From positions 11,534,001 through 11,598,000 of the forward strand of contig NC_087263.1 of assembly GCF_037042905.1 (NCBI RefSeq): DNA of 64,000 bases, in the 5' to 3' direction. How positions within the stretch are numbered: the stretch's first letter is position 1; every line of letters starts with the position of its first letter. The DNA comes from Lytechinus pictus. Lineage: Eukaryota. Positions 1 to 13,500 of the stretch are shown in pieces. The position numbers and the translations under genes were made by a program. The notes under the pieces were generated by a model. It was not told the origin of the DNA, made no database searches, and saw only the letters and a list, made by a program, of their open reading frames with translations.

Positions 1-298
1 TCATTAAAAAAAATTTTTTACTCTATATTATATTTTTCTTTCATGAGGACATAAACATAATACTACCTGGGTTATATTTAGATTACTGCCCCAGGGGAAA
101 TGACAAATCCAGTACATGGCCTATGGGAAAGTCGTCCTTGCCCCTTAAATACCCAGTTGCCAATTTGAAATACAGTCTTCATCTCAATTTCAAAGCAGTC
201 GTAACTTTCTTTGCTTGTCCGATTTCTTTAAAACTTTCACCATTCTGTTTTTTCTCCTTTCCAACACAACATTTTTATGACCAAGGCTGGATTCCCCT
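1..298. mobile_element. Right part of a Kolobok-like MITE (same family as 48752-49353)
   Basis: Aligns by eye to 49000-49353 and ends GGCTGGATTCCCCT. Confidence 0.75.
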
Positions 299-1478
299 TT
301 TATAATAACCAAACCTACAGACAGGCTTAAATGCTATAGATAATAAGTCATAGCTTTTGCTTTAGTTTATACTCTATGAAGTTCCTTGAATGCTAGTTGG
401 TGTAAGTTATTCTTTGTATAGACAGGAATAACAGTCTTTTCGGGGGATTTATTCTACAATTTCTGACATTTTACTATCATCCCCATTGGAGCCAACATAG
501 TTCAGCGGAACAACCAAAATACAGAGACTGAAGCTTTTGGTCTATTCTTTGTATAGCATTTCCTACAATTGTGTGTGAAAATCTGGTTTGATCACTCTTA
601 CAATGTACATGTAGGCTAATTTTGTCATGTACATGTATCTTCTTGTCTTTTTTTCAATTTTTTTTTCTTGTTTATGTTTTTGTACTTGAGCATTGAGGTC
701 TTGGCATGTAAAGGATGAATACCATTTCCACTCGGATTTTGTAATGAATATCTCTGTACTAGTGTTTAATATATCCATGTAAATTTTGTGCTCAATGGAA
801 GTCTTTTTTTTGGAACTGTTATCGCACAATACATGTGCACAGACTCAGGCCATGTGCATCATCATGCTGCTCTAATGTTCCAAGCATCTCTTCTATGGGG
901 GGGGGGGGGTACTCAAACCTCAAAGTATATTTTGATGGGGGTGTGCCTCATGAAACTCTGAAATGGGGGTCTAAGGAACTGACTGGTCACAAGGGTAAAA
1001 TATGGGGTCTTGGGAACTAAATATATATACCGGGCGATGTGAGAAACGGGGTCTACAGAACGGGATCACAATACTGTATGTACATGTACGGTGCACACTA
1101 GCGCTGTGCATGTGGGGCTAGCGGTGCATGGAGCTGCTAGCGGAGGGAGTTGTGAAGCCGTGTGTGCTCGCGCTGGACAATTTTGGCAGCGCGAGGGAAC
1201 TGAGATGTTCCATAACAGAGGCGGAGCAGTTTCTGAATGGAACTTTTGTCATTCGGAGTATCTAGAGAACTGGAAATTAGGTCTTAAAAAGGGGGTCATC
1301 AAAGTGGCACGTCCCTGTACCACCAATATATGTGAGTGCCCCCTCCCCAGGGGGGGGGGGGGGCTCCCTGTGTCTGTTGGACATTACAGAAACTTCATTC
1401 ATTCATTGTAAATACCTTCATTAAGATGATCCAAAGCATTTATATTGCACATCAATGTTATACATGTACATGTAGCTA

Positions 1479-1827
1479 CACTGGTCGGGCCCAACCGTAC
1501 AGAAGATTTGTGACCACCACTCAACATGAAAAACATTGCTTCCATACTAATTTCAAATGAAAAGTGTTTCAAAGGCAACTCCTTGCAAGGAGAATTTGCA
1601 CTCGCATTCATTTTCATCTTTATTTGCATAATTTTACATTAAAAATTCTTACTTTTTTATTTGATAGTTTATTTTTTTTTAAATTACTAATGACAATTGA
1701 CAGATTGTTATATTACATCGATTTTCCTTCACTTTTGGCTCTAAGACCACCAACTCGGCCTGAAAAAAAAACACTTTGTAATGCCTTGAAATAGCGACCA
1801 CCACTAATGGGTCTAGCTAGAACACTG
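1479..1827. mobile_element. MITE fragment, same family as 36645-37135
   Basis: Shared GGTCGGGCCCAACCG ... GGGTCTAGCTAGA(A/T)CACTG sequence. Confidence 0.6.
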
Positions 1828-2193
1828 TGTACCATATTTCTGTACTGTGTACCATATTTCTGTAAAAAAGAAACATTGCAGGTTTACCCAATTAAGCTAA
1901 TTACTACACATCTCTCCTTAAAATAGGTGAGCAGATAATAATAATCAGAGTACACTGTATTCTGCTGATTCCTAGTTAATGTTGGTGTTTGTAGAAGTGA
2001 TTAAGGATAAAGTGATCATGGCTCTGTTTCTCAAGTCTTTAACAAGGGCTAATTTTAAAGAACAAATTTGCTCTCAACCAATAAGACTGCAGGATTTCAG
2101 TAGCTTGTAACAATTCTTTGTAACTTTATCATGGATTACAAGTCTCATGAAACAGGGTCATTGAATGACCTCACCAGGCTCAAATTTAAAGTA

Positions 2194-5100
2194 GAGCATG
2201 ATCGGTTAAGGGTTAGCATTGAGGTGAAATTTTTTTTTTTAAATATTTCTATCAAAATTGCTTTTAAGACAATCTTTGATATCTCAGGTTTCAAAGAACT
2301 CAGTTTCATGAAGATTGATAAATCCGAAAGTACTGGAATAGTCCATTTTATTTGTGGGGGTGCTATTACCTCTCATCACGGACGGACATTTTTACTCAAA
2401 TTAATTTCTCTCTAGTTTTATTGTTTTTCAAGTTATTCTAATTTGGTTTGGATGTTCTTGCACTCTGAACATTAATCTATTATCAAACATAAATTAGTAG
2501 AAAAAAAATATTGGGAAGTAATTTTTTTTGGTAGGTGTGAACATTTCCATTTTGAAATTTCCGTCCGTGATGAAAAAAAATATAAAAAGTTTTTTTACTT
2601 TTTATCAGAATAGAAATAAAAAATAAAAAGGTGTAGAGGTATCTCACTAAACACTGTACATCATTTTATTTGAACATAGCTGAAATCCATACATTTTATT
2701 CATATCATAAACTCGATCAAAAATGATCACGGACGGACATTAATTTCATCACGGACGGACAATGTAAATTCACTCAAATTCAATTCACTCTAGTTTTATT
2801 GTTTTCAAAGTTACTCCAATTTGGTTTGGATTTTCTTGTACTCTGAACATTAATCTATCATCAAACATAAATCAGTAGAAAAAATATGGGAAGTAAATTT
2901 TTCTGCCAGATGTTAACATTCCATTTTGAAATTTCCGTCCGTGATGAAATTAATGTCCGTCCGTGATCATTTTTATTGAGTTTATGATATGGATAATATG
3001 TATGGATTCAGCTTTTTATTCTTTATCAGAATAGAAACAAAAATAAAAGTGTGTAGAAGCATCTCACTAGACTCTGTACATCATTTCATTTGAAAATAGC
3101 TAAAATCCATACATTTTATCCATATCATAAATCAATCAAAATAATCGCAGACGGACATTAATTTCATCACGGACAGACAATGAGCAAATACTGAGCAGAT
3201 TATGAATTTAATTTTAGTTCCAATTTGCAGTGAAAATGGCACTGAGAATTATTCAGAACTCAAATGGATGGAAACCTACAACTCTTCACAATTTTTTGTG
3301 AAATCTTTCTTTGGCTGTTATTGGGGTTTAATTGTTGTCAGGAATTAAAAAAAAAACATAATTGGAATGCAGATAGAGTTGGAAGCTACATGTATGCCAA
3401 AAAGCAGGAAATGAAATATAGCAAGAATAAGTCAAAAGCTGTATATTTCATCAATTGAAGCTTGCAGAAAGTGATGGAAAAGAAGAAAGGAGAATGCATA
3501 TTCTGATAAGCAGAAGAAAAAAAATCATTTTTTTTCCATGTACAAACCTATGGATTCACAATGCTTCTAACAGAACATGACATCACGTCCTTGAGGCTTG
3601 TGAAAAGTACAAGAATTCCTTTTTTTTAAAGTCCATTTTGGAGCTAATTTTGAGCAAATTGCTGATCTAGAAATCTGTGAAAATGCATACAATTCATATA
3701 AAGCTTGCACTGCAGTGTTTAGAAGTTTAATTGGTATCTGATTTCAATTTTGGATTCAGTCAGGGCCTAAATACATGAGGGCTGTTGATGTGAAGGGGTG
3801 TCTCCACTTTCGCATACATTCGTAATTCCGAAGCTTCGTTATTCCAAAGGTTCAGTTATTCCGAAGGTTCGTTATTCCGAAGGTTCGTATTTCCGAAGGT
3901 TCGTAATTCCGAAAGTTCGTTAGTCCGAAAAAGAAATGAAGTACGTAATTCCGAAGGTCCGTTAGTCTGAAAACGAAGTGAGGTTCGTAATTCCGAAGGT
4001 TCGTTAATCCGAAAAAGAAATGAGGTTTGTTAGTCCGAAAACTAAATGATTAACTAACCTTATTTCGTTTTCGGAATGACGAACCTTCAGAACAACGAAC
4101 CTTATTTCGTTTTCGGATTAAGGAACCTTCAGAACATCGAACCTTATTTCGTTTTCGGATTATCGAACCTTCGGAATAACGCCACAAATGTTCGGACTAA
4201 CGAACCCTTTTACGTTTTCGGATGAACAAACATCGAGGTATAGGCAATTTGCGTGTTTTGAAATTACGAACCTTCGGAATCAAGAACCTTCGGAATTACG
4301 AAGTGTAACCCTCCACTTTAATATGGACAAAAGATGAATTTGAAGAGAGCCTAGACAAGTGTCGTGGTCATACTTGATCCACCAAACAAGCATAATGATA
4401 AGCAACCTGTGAATCTTTTGGATTTAGTTACTGGACATAAAAAAATCTGTGCTCTTCAAAAATTTATGCCTAAAAATGTATGAACATGTATCATCATGAT
4501 ATATCATGAAAAGTATCAACATGATCATTGATCCACTGGATGCTGATTTGGTACCAACTACAGTATTCTCTAAATTGAAAAGAAGACAATGTGCATTAGG
4601 ATATTTGATTTTGAAAAGAACTGTGTTTAAAAGCAATCATATGGCTAGATTATTTTGTGTGTCTAGCATAGAAATCATGTTGCTACAACTTAAATCAAGT
4701 TGTAGCAACTTGATTGAAGTTGTAGAAACTTGATTGTGCAACTAATATTGTTTAATCATATAAAGAATGTACAAATCATCAATACAATAGCATTTGTTCC
4801 CCCAAACAAGTAATAAGAACTTCTTACAAGGTACTTCCAATGTATTTTAATTGTGTCCGTCCGTGATGTCCGTCCGAGATGTCCGTCCGTGATGGAAAAT
4901 ATTTGCAATTCTCTCGGAAGTTTGATATTGGTTAAGAATTCAATATGCTAAACATAGAAGCTAACATACCCGAGTGTAAGTTGCATTAACAATTATTGGT
5001 CAAAGTTAAGCTATTTAGATAGAAACAATAAAAATGTTCAAAAATTCTGAAAACCACATTTCTATCATGTCCGTCCGTGATATGGCACATTTAGTGGCTA

Positions 5101-5274
5101 CCTATGTTTGTAGGTAACCATGGCAACAAATTTTTTTCATCATTCAACATACTTTGCCCTACCCTTCACTATAAAACACAAAGGAACCATGTTCATCTTA
5201 TTCCTAATTTGTTACAAGCCTTCAAAGTTTTCAAAATCTATCAAATGTCCGTCCGTGATGAACCGATCACGCTC
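2194..5274. mobile_element. Sola2-like non-autonomous DNA transposon (~3.1 kb)
   Basis: TIR GAGCATGATCGGTT / AACCGATCACGCTC, 4-bp TSD AGTA on both sides, GAG...CTC termini, many ATCACGGACGGACA repeats in both orientations. Confidence 0.75.
3811..4310. mobile_element. Foldback element of TTCCGAAGGTTCG repeats nested in the Sola2-like element
   Basis: 9-bp direct repeat CTCCACTTT at 3802-3810 and 4311-4319; inverted arms; TSD length is MULE-like. Confidence 0.7.
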
Positions 5275-6088
5275 AGTACGATGGGATATATACATTGTAC
5301 CTGTGTTATACATACACACTTCTTGGACCAATATTAAACCGTAGATGTACAAAACGTATTGTTAATAGGTGTGAATTACTCTTATTTTCACTCCTAACAT
5401 TTCTACAAATTAGGTCTAGATTCTTTATAGCCTACCCAGTTTCATTGCTTAAAAAAAGTAATTGTATCATGAATAAAAATAAACATAATTACAACATAAA
5501 AAAGTTGCCACCTTGCATTTTCAAAGCACTTGACTTTATTGTTTTCATTATTTTTTATTGAGAAATTTATAAATGTTTCATCTTCTCTTCAAATGCTTTT
5601 TATTAAGGAATGGCATAATATACATGTATCTTACTTCTGGGATATTTGTATCACTTTTTTAGATTTTATTTTCTTTTCAATCACATTCATTGTGGAATTG
5701 CTCGCGTTCTTGAAAACTGCAAGTTATCAAAGGAAACACTGTACATGGACCTCTAATAGCAGTACTGGTTCCCTGAGATATATATAAAAAAGGTGTATTG
5801 AGTTTATATTTCTTATTGCTTTAAAGGTGAGGTCCACCCCCAACAACAAGTCAATTGGAATAAACAGAGGAAAAAGCAATCAAGCACAGCTCAATGAAAA
5901 GCTCATCAAAATCAGTTCTAGTCAGTCATATGTTTTTTTTTTGCTGGGGGGGGGTCTAATTTTCACAACTGACTTTAATAAAAGAGTCCTTGAAAATCCC
6001 CATTCGGTTCAATGTTTAAAAAGCTTACAATCCAATGATGTAGATTTATGATAGATCTTTTTTAATTTCCATGGCTCTTTAGGCGGTT

Positions 6089-6565
6089 AGGCGGTTTCAA
6101 ACCGCCTCGATCACAAGAATCCCCGTTAAATTACGAGAACATTTTTAGGCTAAAAAATACCCATTAATTATTCCTGCATTCACACCGCCCCGAGACATAC
6201 CCTTCGGGATAAATTCCTGAAGTTAGGAGCATGCGCAGTATGGTCTAATAAGCAGGCAAGGAGCGAGATTCAAAACCACTAGCCCAGCAGCCACCCACGG
6301 CGCCCGCGCCCAACGACACGCTGGGCTAAAAGTTCCCGTAAATTGCTTTCACATTGCCAAAATACTTGCGACCTTGGAAAAATCCCCGCGAAAGTTTTCG
6401 TAATTTCGCCAAGTACCTACTATTTAGCGGGTATTTTCTTTCGGGGGAAATTACGCGTAGTTTGCTTTCACATTACCAAAATACCTGGTATTTTCTGATC
6501 GGGGTACCTTTCCTGATCAGAGAATAACTGGAACTGACGAACTTCGAGGCGGTCTGAAACCACCT
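6089..6565. mobile_element. PIF/Harbinger-like MITE
   Basis: TIR AGGCGGTTTCAAACCGCCTCGA / TCGAGGCGGTCTGAAACCACCT. Confidence 0.65.
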
Positions 6566-7583
6566 TTTGTAGCATTTCAGGGGCAAAATCTCCCAAGCCC
6601 CCTGGCTCAAGGTAAAATGAGAAAGTTCCGACATTTTTAACTTTTGCTAAATACATCCATGCATTTCCTTATATATTATACATGTACATGTACATGTATA
6701 TGCAGGTTAATAAAGTTGGCGGTAAATAGAGCTGTCAAGATAAATGGCGTTGGACTACATACATGTACATGTAGCTTCTCTACAATGGAGCCCCGAGAAA
6801 ATACAGTGTTGCCAGTAAAATTTGGATTGAACATCCTTGCTGGTATATTAATCTATTCTGGTATGTTAAAGTCGGCTATAGGATGATAGGTTGCTTTGTT
6901 ATGCAAGCTATACTTTCTTGAAGTCTCTTCACCTTTTTAATTCATTATTATGTTCTTATTCCATACATTAAATTCATTTATATGCCTCTTATTCATTTTC
7001 TATTTTTGTCTACTCTATTTCATTTTTCTTTTTATGTTATTAATTTCAAAGTTCTTATGTGCATGTTTTTAAGAGGAAAGAACTTTGAACTTTGAACACA
7101 TCTGTAGACATGTACATGTAGGTTGTATGGTGTGACCCTATGTCTGCACAGTGCCACTTCTCTGCGCATGCGTATCTGCTCGATTCGAAGAAAAGAAGAC
7201 CCACAGCGAACACAAATTTTGTAGAGAGATATTCATTGAAACTCCAGGTCAAAGTGGTAGAAAACTATTGAATTTAAGGCATTTCATGCCACCGCTTCAA
7301 TCTTCAAAAAGTCAAAATGGAGGCTTTTATCATCAAAATGCCAGAATCAGGGTTAAAATAAATTTTCATTTTCGAGTCAGTGGCTTTTTTCGGGTGGGGG
7401 CACATTGGAACAATTGCTGCATTTCCTATGCTAGATGCCCTAGTGTGAAGTGAATTGGTGTCCAGACATCACATTTTTGGGGTTCAATCAGCAAATGACT
7501 GACCATGTTTTGTTCTTCCAAGAAAATCATATATTTCTGTTCATGAGTAGCAAAGTAACGGTAACCCCATTGCATACAAATCT

Positions 7584-8108
7584 CCCGAGGGGGGGGGGGG
7601 GCACTTACATCGACGAGTGGATACCATGCGCGACCAAAAAAACACGAAAAAATGATGTCTTTTTCAAGATTATGCACGTTACGTATGTAATGTAATAAGG
7701 GTGTCAAAAACACTAAAATAATGAAAAATGGGTATCTATTTCGCTAGGAAAGCTACATGTACGTGTTTAGGGTCAAATTTGCGAGGTTATAAAAAGACTA
7801 AAATGTTTGATAAAGGATGTACTTTTTGCCCCAACAGTCAACACTACGTAGCACGTGTTTAGAGTCTGATTTGCGCGAGGTGTGGGAGGTGGGGCCTACT
7901 AAACCCGATGATGTACATGTAGGTAAAGGTAAAACTGACGTCTGTGACAACAATTTAAATATTGCTGTACTTGTTAAGGGGTGCATTTTCAGAATATGGA
8001 AAATACTTGTTTACATGTAGGGTACAGGTGTACTTTTCGAGACCCCATGGTCATGCATGGTATCCACTCGTCAATGGAAGTGCCCCCCCCCCCCCCCCCC
8101 CCCCCCCG
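7584..8108. mobile_element. MITE with poly-G/poly-C termini
   Basis: GGGG-CACTTACATCGACGAGTGGATACCATGC vs GCATGGTATCCACTCGTCAATGGAAGTG-CCCC inverted arms; a similarly built element lies at ~896-1362. Confidence 0.65.
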
Positions 8109-10155
8109 ACAAATCCAAATATTTATGTGGCTGCATAAACATAATGCTCATCAACATCTCATACAGAAGTGTATTAGGTTTTCACTGACTATTTATACAT
8201 GGGTGATTCCTTCATTGTACAAATTGCAAGCCATTCGTTCAAGTGTAGAGGAATGCAGTGCACCGAGTTAAATAGAACACTGAGCTTTGGGAGTCTATTA
8301 GTAGTACCCTCATATTTCTTGAAATTTTACCAAATTTTATGACATTACATGTAGATTTCATATTATGATACCCATGCTTCCTGTTGGACAAATATAAAGG
8401 TATATTAAAACCAACATTCCAAACTACAAATACCAGCATATCAGTCTTTTCTTGAATTGTTTAACAGGGTAGGGGGTTCATAAAGAAATTCTAGCTGCAG
8501 TAAATTAGTCTACCCAAGTAGAGCATTGCTCACTCATAGGTTAGCTAGCTGTCACTTGACACTGTTCATTTGGAAAAGTTGGGGATTCTTTTGGATTCTT
8601 TATCCATGTTTACTGCATTACTGATTGGAATTGTGTATTAAAGTCGAACTGTAAGTATATATTCACTTGGTACATTGTACGTAAATTTACAAGGGTATTG
8701 ACCTTCACTGGCAGACAATGGTTTGTTTAGATTGTCACTCAAGACATCTTTGCTCTTGATTATCAGTATTGATTGAATTGCATTCACACATTGATCCTTT
8801 ACTTTAAAGTTGTATATATTTTCAATTATTTAGAACTATAATTCTTAATAGTTATGATGTTTTCAAGACTTGTACAGTATGTTCTTTAATAAATACAATT
8901 TGCATCTGTAGTGCATAATGCAGAGTCTGAAGTAGTGAGACTACATGTATGTAGATTCACTCTGTACTGTGGCTGGCTCTGGATACCTTTATTTGACACA
9001 GACAGACATTCTAGTCTTCAGTCTAGACATGGTTGGTTAAAGTGTTAAATATGAGTCTGTGCTTGCAGACTAAAATGATGATTTCATGAGATTTTTGGTC
9101 CCTCTTAGGGGGGGGGGGGGGTCAAATCTCTCCCGTAGGCTGCTGTACAATTTATTTATTTTTTTGGAGGGGGGGGGGTAAACCAGGATCTGTGCCCATG
9201 CCTGACATTCGTGCACTTCATACAATTGCAAGTACAATGGCCTTTGGTGCCAGACAGTACTGTTTGTTTTCAAAAACTTTTCATTGAGTCATACTCTTTG
9301 TTCCTATATGTACAAGTGATAATATTTCTTCATTAAATTTTGATTTCAAAATAATTAACTATCAAGCAGAATGAGTGTCTATAATGAGAACAAAGGTTGG
9401 GTTTGATAAAATAGTTTCTACAGAAATCGAGAGACCATTCTGTATTGGAGATTACCATTCACCTTGGACTTATCAGTCCTGGGGCTTGTTACACAAAGAA
9501 TTATGTTTAAACGCAACTCAGAAAATCAAACACAAGACCAAAATGCACACCTGTTATTGGTTAGCAATCAAGATACGTTCAATATTTGGAGTTCCGTTTG
9601 ATTGTAACTCTTTGTGTAAGCAGGTCTTGGTGATTTAAGCATGATCAGCAACAAATATTCAGATTGTCATGAAATGGACCAGGGATTTGTTGCACGAAGA
9701 GGGGCAATTAAACACAACTCCAGGAATAAAAAACAGTTTATTTTCCAACCAATCAGAGACTTGCATTTTAGACCTGCCTTTGATTTTGATTGCAATTGTT
9801 AATACAGTAGGCCTGGGGTAAAATGTACTGTAGCACCATTTTGCATTTACATCAGGATCACCAGCAGATATGCAAGGTAATATTTGAAGAGTGAAAAACC
9901 CTTCAAGCTCTACCAGATATGCCCAAGATACTTGGACTATTAAAGGCTTACGGATATCTTGTGTTACACTGAATCAAGTCATTTTCAGAAGGAATATACA
10001 TGTACTGTGTCTTTTGGTTGAGAAAACAGAAGACGGAGCACTGTGTCTGCTTGAGGTTGTTGCCAACTACCATTAGGATGCATGTATCAAATGATATTTG
10101 TAATGTTATTCCTAGCTTTGACTGTCTTCATTTTTTCATTCATTTACCATCATAG

Positions 10156-10503
10156 ATCTTTGGCCCCCTCAAATTGGCAACCTGGTGCGTTAGAAACAAC
10201 TCAACGAAGAAGAGAGGAGGATTCATCCGCTATGTCTGCTTCGTCCGGGAAGGAAAACGGCAAGGCTCCACCCAGCCAGGGCGTGGCGGGCGCATCCAAT
10301 GGGAATGCATCCGTCAACCGGAAGGGTTCGACGGAGAGCGCCCAGAAGAGGGTGCTCTTCCAGATCTCCGAGGATTCAACGATGGACGAGTCGCCACCGC
10401 AGACGCCGAATAACAACGGGGAGAGCTCGGACAGTGTTTTCACGACAACGGATTCGGGCTCAAATAGTGATGTTGGAAACTTTAAACAGAAAAAACCAGG
10501 AAG
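10156..10503 (+). CDS. ACAC: ACC exon 1 in window (acceptor 10155, ATG 10232; [10 protein letters not shown]...KQKKPG)
   Basis: GC-rich S/G/N-rich ORF; catag acceptor; AG|GTACGT donor in phase 2, matching the next exon. The true start codon is uncertain. Confidence 0.8.
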
Positions 10504-13500
10504 GTACGTATTAAAAGTCTTTAAATGTCTGGTGTGGAGGACAATTTCATTTAATATGTACAGTAGGGTAATATTACATAAATCATTTCATACTCTGTTG
10601 CCAGTGCTCAGGGATCGTCCCACCATTTTTAATGAGACACTGTTTGCCACATTTTTTCTTGATTTTAAGAAAAATTTTCCAAATTGATCTTGATCCCAAC
10701 CAAATCAATTATCTGAGGTTTTTTTGAAATCATTCCTTTTTTGAAAGAAATATATAAAACTAGGAAACCCAAACACCAGAAGACATCTCTGTTATAATAC
10801 AGGGCAAGTCCAAGAAAAGGTCACCCTAGAAGGAAAAATTTCATCTTTAATTTCAGAAGTTATCTTTGGTGGGGTATGAAAGCCCAAATGCTGAATTTTA
10901 AAATTTCATTAAGAAAAATTTGATAATATGCATATCTATGCTAATTTGGGGCACCTAATTTGCATAATTGGTAAAACGGGCGTTACTTATGGGACAATTA
11001 TAAAAACTCATAGAAAATCAAAACAAAACTTGTGAGATGTAGTAATAGGTGGGACTTGACCCCCTAACATCTTATTCCTTTTGGGGAAAAAAGTGGTGCC
11101 ATCTTAAATATGCAAATTAGGTCTTGTCCAGTGATGGAATCCGAATGTCCCATACGTAACATTCTGAGGATGTTTTTTTAACGTTATTTCTTATAATACA
11201 ATACTTGTATTGTTGCATCTCTGGAAGTTCTAATACATGTATATCAAGTATGAAAATGTTATACCACAAAAAGTTTGAAAAATATAGCTTACTTTTTAAT
11301 TAAAAGTTAATTAAAAAGATTGTTATGTATGGGACAACATGTTATGTATATGGGACATTTACACACAATGTCAATGGGGAGATTTGTGTATAGAGTGAAT
11401 TGAGAAAAATAAATTTCAAGAGTGCTCTAAAAAGTGATTATTTACATGTTCTCTTGTTTTTGAAGACTGATTTGTTATGAATACTGATTAATGAAGGCAA
11501 TCGAAACAAAAAAATTGTGAAAATTGAAAAATTTGAAAAGAATTAAAAACAATAGATATACACTGTACTTAAGAAATTCATGAAAGCATGAAAAACAAGA
11601 CCAAAAAATTGTTGAAATGGCTAATTTCCTTTTCAGTCATATCAAATATCTCTCAATAGAAAATTTCAAAAGGAAAAAACTCTTTTGTTATTTCGATTTT
11701 TGAAATTATGTACATGTACGTTCTCTATGGGGAAAAAATGTCCCATACGTAACATGTCATTAATTTGTTTAATTAGAGTCTGTAATTACATAGAGGGTTT
11801 TGGCGAAACTTGCCTTAGATATACTAGAGTGTTGTGACTTCTATCACACTAAAGTTACAAGTTGTCAAATGAAATAGAGAGAATTTTCAACTTTAAAAAA
11901 ATGTTTGAAAAATTGTCTTTTTTCTGAGTCCCATACGTAACTGCACATCTTTTCTCAAAAAAATGTCAAGGTCAAGGTCATATGTCACCATTTTTTGCAT
12001 GATTATCTTTCTCCTAGATGTCTACCATCATGAGGGTATTCAAAGTAATTTAACACTATTTTTCAGGTCATTAAAGCCTCTGAAATGTCCCATACGTAAT
12101 GCGCGCGAATTCTTGGACTTGCCCTACAATGTAGTTAATATAAAAATAGGTACTTCATGTTGAAATGGAAAGGAAAATTCTTTTTTTTTTCTGATAGCAT
12201 GCATACTTTTGTAAACCAGTTTTAGATGTGATATTACATTTCCTCTATTTCAGGTTGTGTGATACCTGTGGTCCGTTTCATAAAACTTGTTCCAATAACA
12301 AATTTGCAATAACAGTTAAAAGCTACTGAAATCTGTCAATCTGATTGGCTGATAGTAAACTTGATATTGAAATCGTTCATTTGTTATAACAAGTCTTTAT
12401 GAAGCAGGACCCTGTTCTAATTCAATTCTGACCTGGTGGGTGTCTCATAAAGCTGTTCGTAAAGTTACGAACGACTTTGCGCACGACGGGAACATGTTCT
12501 TAGGTCATAACTCAATTACATAGGGATATCATGTACTTCATGTTGAAATGGAAAGGAAAATTCTTTTTTTTTTCTGATAGCATGCATACTTTTGTAAACC
12601 AGTTTTAGATGTGATATTACATTTCCTCTATTTCAGGTTGTGTGATACCTGTGGTCCGTTTCATAAAACTTGTTCCAATAACAAATTTGCAATAACAGTT
12701 AAAAGCTACTGAAATCTGTCAATCTGATTGGCTGATAGTAAACTTGATATTGAAATCGTTCATTTGTTATAACAAGTCTTTATGAAGCAGGACCCTGTTC
12801 TAATTCAATTCTGACCTGGTGGGTGTCTCATAAAGCTGTTCGTAAAGTTACGAACGACTTTGCGCGCGACGGGAACATGTTCTTAGGTCATAACTCAATT
12901 ACATAGGGATATCATGTACTTCATGTTGAAATGGAAAGGAAAATTCTTTTTTTTTTCTGATAGCATGCATACTTTTGTAAACCAGTTTTAGATGTGATAT
13001 TACATTTCCTCTATTTCAGGTTGTGTGATACCTGTGGTCCGTTTCATAAAACTTGTTCCAATAACAAATTTGCAATAACAGTTAAAAGCTACTGAAATCT
13101 GTCAATCTGATTGGCTGATAGTAAACTTGATATTGAAATCGTTCATTTGTTATAACAAGTCTTTATGAAGCAGGACCCTGTTCTAATTCAATTCTGACCT
13201 GGTGGGTGTCTCATAAAGCTGTTCGTAAAGTTACGAACGACTTTGCGCACGACGGGAACATGTTCTTAGGTCATAACTCAATTACATAGGGATATCACAT
13301 AGCACAGAAAGGATTACCAGTCATTCTTAAAGTTGCTCTTAACTTACAAGCAGCTTTACGAAACGGCCCCCTGGTGGGTATTTAAAAAAACTGTTCATAG
13401 TTAAGTCTAAGAGCAACTTTACGACGACTGGTGATCCTTTCTTACATGCTAAATAATCACCAGTGAACATCATTTAATACCAAAAGAAAGGATCATCGGT

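Noticed and set aside
3811..4310. Regularly spaced short repeats resembling a CRISPR array
   Set aside because: No unique spacers, inverted arrangement, 9-bp TSD and eukaryotic context indicate a foldback transposon.
1..9850. ACC promoter or non-coding upstream exon
   Set aside because: An acceptor at 10155 implies an upstream exon, but no promoter or exon can be supported from sequence alone; the region is mostly repeats.
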